64,000 nucleotides of DNA from Hamiltosporidium tvaerminnensis FI-OER-3-3 (GCA_022605425.2 JAKIMF020000001.1:2232001-2296000), one strand, 5' to 3'; positions 52,155-63,805 are shown, counted from the stretch's first letter. Notes: generated from the sequence alone by a model not told the origin. Made by a program: numbers and translations.

Positions 52155-52383
52155 TCCGGGAGCAGAATTGGCGTGCAGTATTCTCTGCTTGTCGTAAGAG
52201 GCGACTAAAGGGAACGGTCCTCCATGCTGGGGCTGGTTGTAGGACTAATAACCCATCCTTTAAAAGTACCTTATTACGAAGGACGATGAGTAAACAAACC
52301 CAATGGAAAAATACCGGTGAGCGGTATTACTAAGGAAGGCCAAGGCTCGCACAGGGCTGTAGTGCCAAGGATGAATAGATGAA
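52155..52383 (+). mobile_element. RTE-derived bipartite non-autonomous mini-element (5' UTR joined to 3' end)
   Basis: GCTTGTCGTAAGAGGCGACTAAAGGG hairpin and GGGCTGGTTGTAGGACTAATAACCC (recognised as RTE 5' UTR motifs) joined to GGCCAAGGCTCGCACAGGGCTGTAGTGCCAAGGATGAATAGATGAA (RTE-like 3' end). Confidence 0.75.
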
Positions 52384-52948
52384 TTTATTATAAGGGCAGG
52401 GCAGGTATTAAATAATGATTTATATTTTCGTGGGTGGCATTGGAAATTTTAAGAAATGTTAAATTGAGTTTGGTTTTGGTTACTAAAATAGTATTTCTTC
52501 AAAAATGCATAACATAATAATATATTCAATAAAAGTCCGACTACATTTTATTGTACACCTGATTATTGACATAAGTTAATAAACCAACCTTTGTTCTAGA
52601 TCCATAATAGAAAGACGAATCGGTCTAGGTCAAAAAATTTACATCAATTAAAAATTTCATTTAAGAGTATAAAGTACTTTGCTTTTTAAATTAGACAATA
52701 CTTTTGAAAAGACTGATTCATCTGTCATTTATAGTGTATTCAATAAGAAAAAAATTATTATAAGATTTGAAAACTCTTGAATCTATTACGAATAAGCAGT
52801 GTATATTTTGTAGAAATATATGGAGCAAAGTAAATAATTTGGGTTTTTTCAACATAAACTATGGTATGTTAGAAAATTTTGAAATTTCATATTTTTTTGG
52901 TCCTTGGCAATATAAATACTCCTAAATAAGTAAAAATTAAAAAAGGGT

Positions 52949-54097
52949 TTATTTTTTCTTAAAACATTCTATTTCAACATAAATATTTTGAAGTATACGT
53001 AAGATATCAATCGTAGCATGTTGTATTAATCGTGAACCATTAGAATCTGTCACAATATAATAAATCAATTTAATTTCCGGTCTTCTAACTAAAGATTCAT
53101 ATTTATGAACATAAGTACAAAAATTTTTATTGTGGCAAAAGCATTTGAAATTATAGATAATTTTGTTATTTTGTTTGCAAATCAACCTGTTTTTTTTCTT
53201 TTCGATATCATAGTCTAAACTCCCAAATTTTATTTGAAAATCTTCATATTCCAAAAGGCAATTGATAAAACTATATAATTTGGCAAAAAAAGAATTCAAA
53301 AGCAAAATATCTGCATCGAAACGCAAACTGGGTATATTATGAATCATAGATTCGTAAAATTGAATACATTCCGGATCATTAGATCCAAGCATTCTGTTTT
53401 CGGGATTAAATGACACCGAACAAATCAAATCATAAAAAATAACACCACAGCACCATATGTCAGATTTATGACTAACAAGTTCTCCATTTAATACCTCGGG
53501 CGCAAAATAAGGATATTCTTTTTTTTCTAGAGAAGTGATCTTACTATTCACCAATCGAAAAGGATATGATTCACTACAAGCTAGTCCAAAATCAATTATT
53601 ACAATATCTAAATTATTGATCAAAATATTTTCTATTTTAAGATCATTATGAAGCACTTTTTTTTGTTTCAAAAAATTTACACAATCCAATATTTGCTTCA
53701 TTATTATTCTTATTTCATATAAAGTTAGATTTTGAAATGTTCTTTTATATTTGAATAAATCATATGTATAATATTTCATGATGGAAACTGTATAATCTGC
53801 TGTTTTAATATATTTTATCGGTAATAAAATATTAAGATGCTTGAGTTGACTACGATTATATTTATTTAAATCAAATAGGCGATCGATATCGACTGATTTT
53901 TTGTAAACTTTAATCGCAAAGTATTTGCTTGTATCATCAATTGCTAAGAAAACTGTTCCTTCTGTTCCACCCGTGATTTCTTTTATAACTTTATATTTAT
54001 CTATCATTGTATTCGGTTTTGGTAATTTATCACTAGCTTTGATAAGTCTAATAATATAAAACAACAAATATAAAAAACTCTTGCAGAAAAAATGCAT
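52949..54097 (-). CDS. Ser/Thr protein kinase with putative N-terminal signal peptide
   Basis: GGTEGTV, AIK, HNDLKIEN, DFG, APE, DIWCCG; N-terminus MHFFCKSFLYLLFYIIRLIKA. Confidence 0.9.
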   Translation of the reverse strand: MHFFCKSFLYLLFYIIRLIKASDKLPKPNTMIDKYKVIKEITGGTEGTVFLAIDDTSKYFAIKVYKKSVDIDRLFDLNKYNRSQLKHLNILLPIKYIKTADYTVSIMKYYTYDLFKYKRTFQNLTLYEIRIIMKQILDCVNFLKQKKVLHNDLKIENILINNLDIVIIDFGLACSESYPFRLVNSKITSLEKKEYPYFAPEVLNGELVSHKSDIWCCGVIFYDLICSVSFNPENRMLGSNDPECIQFYESMIHNIPSLRFDADILLLNSFFAKLYSFINCLLEYEDFQIKFGSLDYDIEKKKNRLICKQNNKIIYNFKCFCHNKNFCTYVHKYESLVRRPEIKLIYYIVTDSNGSRLIQHATIDILRILQNIYVEIECFKKK

Positions 54098-54927
54098 TAT
54101 GGAAATTTAACGGTTAACTTGAAAATGTAGAATTAAAAAAAACTAAGGAAATGGTGATGATTATTTTTCCTAAAATGTATATATGACCTCATTAACATAT
54201 AAGGTATAATTAAATAAAAATAATATTTCGTTTTTTGTCGGTTTTATTAAAAATCGGAGCATTGACAGAGTTCATTATGTTAAATTACCCGACCCACGGA
54301 TTATCCTTCCATTTCAAACTTCTATTGATATTTTATAGCTTTAGATTTGATCATTGTCTAGGCCATTCAATCTTCTTATTTAAGAATTTCTTACTTAAGC
54401 CTTTTTAGAATATTGGTAAAAAAAAATATTCATTACTTCATACCACTATAGTGTGTATTCCTCTGTTTATGTATTAAAAAGGTTTTTTTGCAATTTTTGT
54501 TATCTTTTAAGCCTTAATGCACTACGAATATTTTAGCCATTCAAAAAAATTTTTAAAAACTAAATGTTAAAAACATAGTGTAATTTTTAAAAAAGCAAAG
54601 TATTTTATTGAACTTTCAAGTTCATATTGTTAAATTTTAAAGCTTCATAGCTACGTTTGAAATCATGTTGCTTTTTAAATGTTATTCGTTCTATTTTTTT
54701 GTACTTTTTTCTAAGCCAAAATATAAATATCAAATAAAATTTTACAAAAAGTACATTGCAATCCATGAAGTTTACAAAAGAAAAAGCAATAACATGTTAT
54801 ATTCTATATGATCTTGCTAAACAGATTTTTTGAAATTGGATTTTATCTTTACACATATTTTATAGTCATGCTCTGTATTTGCTATTTTAATGTTAAATTA
54901 AATTAAATTAATCTATTTTGGGAAATC

Positions 54928-55432
54928 ACCTATTAGCAAATGAGCTGGGTATTATTTGTAAAAATAGTGTAGAGATAATCCTTATGTGGTGACATGGGAC
55001 GGTATTGTGATCAAATTCCATAAGATGTATCTTAAAAGATTACAAACACCCATGAATGTAGAGGCATATATACAATCTATAGTACTCATGAAGACAGTCG
55101 AAAAAATTTCCTTTGATCGAGAAGAGGACTTGAGTCTCGACCAAATGCCGAAGAGAGCTGGGAGAGAGCATCATTTAATGTTATTTTAGAAGCTGAGATG
55201 CATAAACAACCACACCTCGTTTAAAGCAACAAGACAATGAGAAGTTGATGTTAAAATACAAAATACAAAAAATATTTTACCTCTGATTCTGGAAGGTGCA
55301 AGCACTGTAAAGGAACCGACGATAAATATTAACGAAGAGTCTAATTTAGAGGAAGATTAGCAAATGGGTAAAGCTGTGGACAAAATTATTTAAAAGATAT
55401 AAAATTTGTTAATCCATCTTAATGAAATAAAA
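54928..55432 (+). mobile_element. 5'-truncated, frameshifted R4/Dong-like LINE copy
   Basis: VTWDGIV..PMNVEAYIQSIVL; 3' part resembles 2460-2727. Confidence 0.88.
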
Positions 55433-56017
55433 TTTAGTAAATCACTTTTTTTATCTTGTTTGCTAAAATATTGGAAACATATGTTTCTATCTTTATGAAT
55501 TCTTTAACAAGCTTAATTTAAATGTTTTACAGGCAAAAGAGAACCCAATTGAAGCAAGAAATATAGAATGTTAGCATTCATTATAAGAAAAATGCAATAA
55601 TTGAACATGCCTAAAAGCTAAGACACCAGAAGTTTCTGTTTAATACCGACTCTGACATAGGATTGAAAACATGATTTTGTCATAAAAACTCATTTATTAT
55701 GCACTTAATTATTCTTAAAAGAAATATCAAATGAATTTAATAAAAGCACTAAATACTTATGAAAGCAAAGTATTTAATTCTGCAAATCTGTTTTCCCTCT
55801 AAAATATTATTGTAATGTAAAATCGATTTTTTTTAATGATAAAATTAAAAAAAAATAAAATATCTTGAAGTTTTCTATTGCTTTCAGGCTTAAATTCTAA
55901 ATTTATATACAAAATAAAATATAAGGATATTTTAAGGAAAGATAAAAAAAGCTATTTAGCTCTTTAAAAATATTCATTCATCGATTCTTAAATTAAAATA
56001 TTGTAATTAATCCTCGA

Positions 56018-56234
56018 GGTGGAAAAAGATAACCACATTAAAAACTTTCTGTTTGGTAATGAAATCTAAAATTCATATTAACATCATTACGTTCAGTGTG
56101 TTGGGATAATACACACCAGATCTATAGGCAAATACCCTATAATCCAGAGTTACAACTGAATAAAAGAAGCAATTGAAAAACTTTCATTTGTTCATCTATG
56201 ACACGGAGAGGTAAAAGAGGAACGAAATATGTAA
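56018..56234 (+). mobile_element. Short SINE-like element copy with TSD
   Basis: Shared head and tail; TSD GTAATTAATC(C/T)TCGA at 56003-56017 and 56235-56249. Confidence 0.88.
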
Positions 56235-56574
56235 GTAATTAATCTTCGACTTCTTTATAAAAAATTCGAAAGTTTCTTTAGACATTCCAAGATTGTTTTA
56301 TTTGTAAAAAAAGTAGAATAAATTAGTTAGGCAAAAATATGTACGTTATTATATATCTTTTACATAAAGCTTTCTTAGAAAATCGCCCTCATAATATAAG
56401 CCGCACATGTATACTATGAGAGTGCAAAGCCCAATAAAATATTTTCTCTGCGTAATTCAATCACTTAGAATATACATCCTAAGCTTTCAGAATCTCTTAA
56501 AAAAACGAAACTATAAGAAAATATACATTGTGAGAATAATAAAAACTAAGAAAAGTATATTGCTTTGGGAAATG

Positions 56575-56992
56575 TTAGCGTGAAATAACCCAAGTTAAAA
56601 CCATCTGCTTGTTATTCCTGGTACGGAATTATGTAAAAATTAATTATATATTTTGGTTGTATCTAAATCACACTTGATTAGTAAACTTATTCCTAAAATA
56701 CTAATCACAACATATTAAAAGAAACAAATGAAAAAATAAAAACTGTCTCAAAAATTAATTACCCGGTATGTAAATCTGACTGTGACCAGTGGAGAATAGA
56801 AGTATTTAAGTGACGGTGAAAATAGAAAACTTTTTTACTTTGAATGGTTTAAATCTTTGAAACAGGTTTTTCGTCAAATGAGAAAACGAAAGCAATATTA
56901 AGGTATTTTTGGCTAACGTATACTTTGTTGTTTTTTGTTTTATCCTCAACACCGAGGATTATAAGAAGACCGGGATACGTAATTAAGTAATT
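56575..56992 (+). mobile_element. Decayed short SINE-like copy interrupted by a ~190-bp insert
   Basis: Head ATAACCCAAGTTAAAACCATCTGCTTG and body ATTAAAAGAAACAAATGAAA; tail resumes at ~56936 TGTTTTATCCTCAACACCGAGG. Confidence 0.55.
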
Positions 56993-57939
56993 AAAAGAAA
57001 GTTAATAATCTTAAGTAAAAAATAGCACATGGGCTAGAAAGAATGGTTAATATTTAGTTATAAGACACCTAATGTATACAGATAAATGCGAATAAAGAGT
57101 AAATCGTGTTTCGCCAATTTATATTTTATGCTAATTTGATTTTTTAAACACTTAAAAAGATAGCATTGATTGACGCCTCAGATTGCAAATTTTAGGGGCG
57201 AACAAAAATATTGTAAATTTAGCTTAAAAATATTTTGATACCTTTTTTAAAATGTATTTATGACCAAATTTTCTTGTTTTAATAGTCTACAAATAAAATC
57301 AATCGGTTTAACATATAAACAGCTCAGCTACAAAACTATGTGTTTTTTTATTGATATTTTATGTTTTTCAGAACATATATTAATATATTTGAGTATAATT
57401 TGTTTCAGGTAAACATCCCGTTTTATTTTATATTTATGATATCATGCTGTTTATTTACTCATTGTTTTTAAAGATTTATTCGATAAAAATAGAAAAATTG
57501 GTGTTGCAAATGTGGATACCTGCAATTATTGAACACATAGTATCAAGAAGCCGCATATTTAATGTTTTTGATTAAAAATAGAAGATTCCCAGTGTAAAAT
57601 ATAGAAATTAAAAAAAACATGTTCTGCTATATTTAATGTTGGTAGATAAATGTTTTCTAAAACTTTTAGGATCTTAACAAGCATATAAATCACAAATCAA
57701 TAATTAAATCTGTAAATATAATTCTAATGAGGCGAACAAAACACAGGCCATAAAAATTTAGACTCCAAATATTTTATAAAACAAGTTTTGATTTTTTTTC
57801 TATAATATTTGATTAGTAAAGGAGAATTTCAAAATAATCAGGTATAAGAATAATCACTGATACGGAATGACTCTAGTGTTATATATTCACTCCTGGAATA
57901 TTTTTTTATTAAACAATATCTAAAATCAAAGAAATAAAA

Positions 57940-58690
57940 AGAGTTAATAATTTATGGTGGCATAAGATAGTCGATGTACAAAAAAAATTTTGCTTTTAGA
58001 CATATTTATCAAGGCATAATATGTAAGAAAAATGCGGGTATGACTTACACGAATATATGATGCGGGTATTCTACTACTAATTTAGAATCATTATAATGCA
58101 AATTTAGCAACCAAAAATGTGTGAAAAGAATTAAGTGATGAGCAACATAGTTCTAAATATTCTCCATGGTATTTTTCTAAATCGAATATTTCTCTAAAAA
58201 TGATTTTTTGTGAATGAATTTTCTAAAAAACAGTATTGCAAATATAAAATTGAGATTGCATGTTTGAAAAATTATATATCTTAATGGTTCTTTGCAGTGT
58301 TGCATCATAGAAGCAATGTAAATTTATCTCAAAATATTTCGAAATAGTATGCTATATATAATTTAAATCGCGGAAAATGAGCAGTTAAGAAACCATATAA
58401 TTCGATTATACAAAAAGGAAGCTGAAAATTGGAAAATATAGACAAAAATTAAATTTTATTTAAACAAATTACTATTTTGGTATATTTTTTCGGATTCCAT
58501 CACAGTATTGAACCCGATATAAATTTCTGGGTCAGTGAACTATAAATAAAAACCAAATAATTTAACTGAATATCTTACCATAAAGGCCAAATTGTGAAAA
58601 CAGCGGATGCTTTTATTACAGCACATATCTATTTTTAAATAAATTATTCATGTCTGTCTAAAAGGTCGTAGAGGGTTTGAGTGCTCGATT
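57940..58690 (+). pseudogene. Possible decayed piggyBac-like transposase remnant
   Basis: Weak, broken motifs (IYQG, FYY-like, KP..KG..AD, RR) in the expected order; no ORF and no TIRs seen. Confidence 0.25.
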
Positions 58691-59168
58691 TATTTGTGTA
58701 ATTTTTTTAAACATAAGAGTTTAAGCCATATTTGATTTATATACGGAATCAAAACAGGCATTTCGAATCGAATCGCAAAGATTTACAGGTTAATATAAGT
58801 TTTTTGATAAAATTAGAGCCTCCCTAAACTCATAAAAACGTTTTTAATCCTGACAAATTATTTAAATATTCCTAGATAGTACTGCTTAAAATATTAAGTA
58901 GAATTCACAAAATTGCCAAGCAAAATAGATTCAGAATTGCAATATTTCTTCATAATGGTCAAATAATAATACATTTTTTTGTTGAAATATTTAATTTTGC
59001 CACATTTTATTTAATATTACAGTGTGTAATAAAATAGTTGAGAAAAAAAAAATTAAAGACCACAAATAATTTAAAAACTTGATTAATATTTTCGGTCCAA
59101 GTATAAAATCAGAGATTCTTAAAATACAATCACCAAAATCGTTATATCATATACAAATCCACAAACAT

Positions 59169-59898
59169 TTTATTTAAAAGTATCACATCTTTTTTAAAAC
59201 AGGGGCAAGTGTTATATTTGTTTTCATGACATTAACGCAGTTCTAGGTTTAACATAAATGACTGCTACCCCAAAACTCCATCAGTAACCCCTGTGATACC
59301 TACGTCCCAAATCCTTTCATCTACCAGGTGTGTAGAACCTAATTAATAGGCGAGGCAGTTGCCCGGAGTTCGTTAATGTCCGTTGCATGGTGTGTGATCG
59401 AAGGCCGAAGCCCCCCCTGGGCTCACCAAGACTATGCAGCATTCTTACTTACTCTACACTTTCTGAACCCTATAAACTTCTAGCTAAGATATATTTCAGA
59501 GATTTACATGGGGTCCACCTAGACAATGCAATGTCATACCAACAGGTATAACCTGCTACATAGCTTTCCTGGCTTTAAATGGTTTTTATTTTTATATCTC
59601 CCAGGCGCTAAGTCTTCTAACCCGAGTGAGCAAGGCTAGGTTTCCATGCTTTTACATGGCAATTACCTACATGTTCAGCTGCGGTTTGCAATCTGGTTAC
59701 ATAAAAAACTACAAATAAATTTGTAGAAAAAGTTTCTCCATTTCTTAGACCTCTTCTCCTCATAACAACTCCCATGGAACAGCCGAAGATGTAGTGTGGT
59801 GTTGTTTTCCCACCAAAAATCCAAACAATGATCTTCACACCAGTTTCACATACTCATTGCCAAGCAGAAAGTTTTTAATGTGGTTATCCTCCCTCCAC
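59169..59898 (-). mobile_element. Long structured SINE-like element, copy 3
   Basis: Reverse complement of copies 1 and 4; TSD AC(A/C)AATCCACAAA at 59153-59165 and 59900-59912. Confidence 0.92.
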
Positions 59899-60209
59899 AA
59901 CCAATCCACAAATATACTATAATAATATTAAATATGATCTCGGATATAAAAATAAGTATCAGCTCAAATACCAAAATTAAAAATGATTTTAAAATCACAA
60001 ACTATAAAAATAACTATGAATACGAAACACAAAATTATAAATTAGTATAAATTCATGAAAAAATACTCTAAAAAATGACAGTAAGAGGCCATCAATCAAA
60101 AACGGCACTGAATTAACCAAATATGCAATATTCATAATATTTGATAAATAAAATGTAATATAAACTTCATTAAATTTAAAATTACAAAAATATTTACATT
60201 TATTAAATT

Positions 60210-61043
60210 TTAAACAACGACCTTATCAGATACAAAATATTTTTCAAAAATATAACTTGACGTTTGATAAACGATTCCAGTATAACAAATCAATAGATTA
60301 TTGCTAATACACAATCCATTATCGTACGAATTATCAAGAAAATATATACACAGCATCAGATGTAAATTTTTAAGAATCAACATTATTAAAATAACCTTAT
60401 TAAACAGTGTTTTTGGATATAAAACCAATAAAAAAGTTATTGAAACTACAAACATAGAAACTCTTAATTTCTCAACAATTCTAAATCTTAAGTTATTACA
60501 ATGAAATACAATCAAAATTGGAATTAAAAGAAGCAAAACATACAAAAAATATATCGTACGTAGTAAAACGTTATATCTTTTTTCTATAAAAACAGATATC
60601 CTCATAAGTATTCCTTCTGCTTTTATATATCTTCTTAATAACATGTATGATGTGATACAATAAAATAAATTAAACGACACATAAAATAAAAATACATATT
60701 TTATATTTTTCTGACCAAAATATCTTTTTCCTAAAGAGAATATAAAAAGACCAGTTGTATACGAAAAAATTATATAAATAACTGAATAACGTCTTTTAAA
60801 AAATTCGTTATAAAATACGATTGAAATAAAAGAATGTAAAAGACATGAATGCTTATAATACCACTCTATTTTAACTTCTTTTCTTAAAAAAATAAAAATA
60901 TGCAGTATTATTGAGGGAAAACATTCATAACTACCTCTCCATACTCTAACTTCATTTTTTTCTATTAAATCTTCATTAATATCATTATTTTGTATTTCTG
61001 TAGAAATATTCTTATTTTTTATATCTTCACTATCCAAATCCAT
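60210..61043 (-). CDS. Hypothetical multipass membrane protein
   Basis: 277-aa ORF with an acidic N-terminus followed by about 6-7 hydrophobic segments. Confidence 0.75.
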   Translation of the reverse strand: MDLDSEDIKNKNISTEIQNNDINEDLIEKNEVRVWRGSYECFPSIILHIFIFLRKEVKIEWYYKHSCLLHSFISIVFYNEFFKRRYSVIYIIFSYTTGLFIFSLGKRYFGQKNIKYVFLFYVSFNLFYCITSYMLLRRYIKAEGILMRISVFIEKRYNVLLRTIYFLYVLLLLIPILIVFHCNNLRFRIVEKLRVSMFVVSITFLLVLYPKTLFNKVILIMLILKNLHLMLCIYFLDNSYDNGLCISNNLLICYTGIVYQTSSYIFEKYFVSDKVVV

Positions 61044-61789
61044 TAAAATAGCGGTAAAATAATTTCATTTATAAAATTATTTTTAAATTAAAAAAATTAA
61101 AAAAAATATATTTCTACATCGAATACAAATAATTTTTTTTCTAAAATAGAATTTCTTCTAATAATTTATTCAATAATGTAATAATTTCATCGTTTCTCTC
61201 AATATTTTGTTTAAAAAATATGTAAACTGCTCAAATCTAATAATTGAAACCGTAATCAATGATCCTATTTTAGAAAAAAAATATTCTTCTCCTTAAGAAG
61301 TAATTAAAAAATATTTAATACTTTAGTACACATTAAATTTCCTTGGAAGAAAAATATTGGGATAGAAACAAAATATAAAATTTTTAATGTTTTTTGATCC
61401 GTTGTCTCGAAATTTTTTTATAATACAATTATATTCTATTTTTATGAAAGTTATAGGAGAAATAATATTCTATTTAGGAAACATAATATATTCAATTTAG
61501 GACAAAATGTAATTTATAAAATATTGAATGTAATTAAAATAACTACTTTTTTAATCGCTTCTGATTTATAAGAAAGGTAATAAATTTAAATAAAAAAGAC
61601 GTTTTTCTTCATTTTCAAAGTTTTTCATACTTTTATTTCCTATAAGATGACATAAATAGAAACCTTTAGTTTATATAACCAATCTTCAAATAAAATATTT
61701 ATTTTTATTCCATTCTAAAAATAAATTCGAATTTTTGACATTTGATTTGGTGATAAATCATTTTTTGATAATATATATTAATGACTTAT

Positions 61790-62526
61790 GAGTGGAGGGA
61801 GGATAACCACATAAAAAACTTTCTGCTTGGCAATGAGTGTGTGAAACTGGTGTGAGATCATTGTTTGGATTTTTGGTGGTAATACACCACACTACATCTT
61901 TGGTTGTTCCATGGGAGTTGTTATGAGGAGGGGAGGTCTAAGAGATGGAGAAACTTTTTCTACAAATTTATTTGTAGTTTTTTATGTAACCAGATTGCAG
62001 ACCGCAGCTGAACATGTAGGTAATTGCCATGTAAAAGCATGGAAACCTAGCCTTGCTCACTCGTGTTAGAAGACTTAGCGCCTGGGAGATACAAAACAAA
62101 AAACCATATAAAGCCAGGAAAGCTAAGTAGCAGGTTATACCTGTTGGTATGACATTGCACTGTCTAGGTGGACCCCATGTAAATCTCTGAAATATATCTT
62201 AGCTAGAAGTTTATTGGGTTCAGAAAGTGTAGAGTAAGTGGGAATGCTGCATAGTCTTGGGGGAGCCCAGGGGGGGCTTCGGCCTTCGATCACACTCCAT
62301 GCAACGGACATTAACGAACTTCGGGCAACTGCCTCGCCTAGTAATTAGGTTCTACACACCTGGTAGATGAAAGGCTTTGGGACGTAGGTATCGCAGGGGT
62401 TACCGATGGAGTGTTGGGGTAGCAGTTATTTATGTTAAACCTAGAACTGCGTTAATGTCATGAAAACAAATATAACACTTGCCACTGTTTTAATAAAGAT
62501 GTGATACTTTTAAATAAAGTTTTTAA
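61790..62526 (+). mobile_element. Long structured SINE-like element, copy 4
   Basis: Perfect 15-bp TSD ATATTAATGACTTAT at 61775-61789 and 62527-62541. Confidence 0.95.
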
Positions 62527-62757
62527 ATATTAATGACTTATTAAAAACCATATATTAAATTTCTTTCAACGGATTATTTTAATCGTAATAATAAGGACTT
62601 AGAATAGAATATATTAATGGAAAAATTATGGTTTTGAACAAATGCAATATAGCAATAAAAATTAGTTAAAAAAAAATGATTTTTTCGATTATATGATATT
62701 TAATTTTTTAAACACTTCAAAAAATATAAAAATCTGGTATTTTATAGATTTTATTTT

Positions 62758-62810
62758 GAAAATATATAAAAATGGCAAAAAATATCTTAACCCAGTATTT
62801 TATTAAATAA
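62758..62810 (+). mobile_element. 53-bp extremely 5'-truncated R4/Dong-like insertion
   Basis: Matches the LINE 3' UTR (AAAAATGG..TTAACCCAG..TTTTATTAAATAA); TSD ATAGATTTTATTT at 62744-62756 and 62811-62823. Confidence 0.8.
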
Positions 62811-63624
62811 ATAGATTTTATTTGTATTATTGAATCTTTGTTTCTGTTATTGCTATTTTGATTTACATATATTTTTTAAATTTTTTTTGTATTAAAAATT
62901 TAAATTTTCGATTTTAAAATGGGTTTAAATATCGTAGAGAAGAATTAATTTTCTTAGGTTGGAAGAACAATGAGACTTTATACAGTCAAGTTGCTTAAAA
63001 ATTTATTATTTTAAAGATATTAATTGACAATATAAAAAATATACTTTTTTAGATGAATAAAGTTATAAAAACATAAAATATAAACAGATATTTCGAAACC
63101 CACAATTTATATAAATTTGAGACACTATTTTTATTATATTAGTTTTCTGTATGTAATTCTTTTTTATGTTTGTGAAAAGTCCTATTTGAACATAATTATA
63201 TATTTGTGGGAATATGACTAATATTTTTTATTGTATCAAGTTTTTTGACCGAATAAATATTTTTAATTCAAATTTGAATTAGAGAGACAAAAATAATTTT
63301 ATTGGTTTTTTAATTTTCTTAGTAAAAAAGTTAATATTTTATTTTTTAAAATTTAATTTTAGCATAAACAAATTTTTATTCAGTAGGAAAAAAAACACAA
63401 ATCGATCGAAACTGTCTTTATTTAAGGATATACTATATTCCACCTTTTAAATATTTTGGATTACGCCTTACTCATGATTTATATTATAGTGAGCAAAATA
63501 GCATTTCACAATAATAGTCTATTCAAAGAAACTAGTATCAAATACTTTAAATGTAAAACTATTTATGAAAAAATATAAATTTTTCGAAAGAAGAATGGCA
63601 AACAGTCAAATAATATTTTGAAAA

Positions 63625-63805
63625 AACATCATAAGATGTATCTTAAACGACTGTATATACTATAAATACAGAGGAAAACATAGTCGGTAGTAATTAAAAC
63701 GCAGTCGAAATCATTTTTGTGGATCCACGAAAAGAACTTGGACGGGAACTAACCGCTGAAAAGAGTCGAAAAGAGCATTACTGGGTATCGTACAAGAAGC
63801 CGAGA
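63625..63805 (+). mobile_element. Decayed R4/Dong-like LINE fragment
   Basis: CATAAGATGTATCTTAAACGACT..CAGTCGAAATCATTT..GAAAAGAGC match the LINE. Confidence 0.65.
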
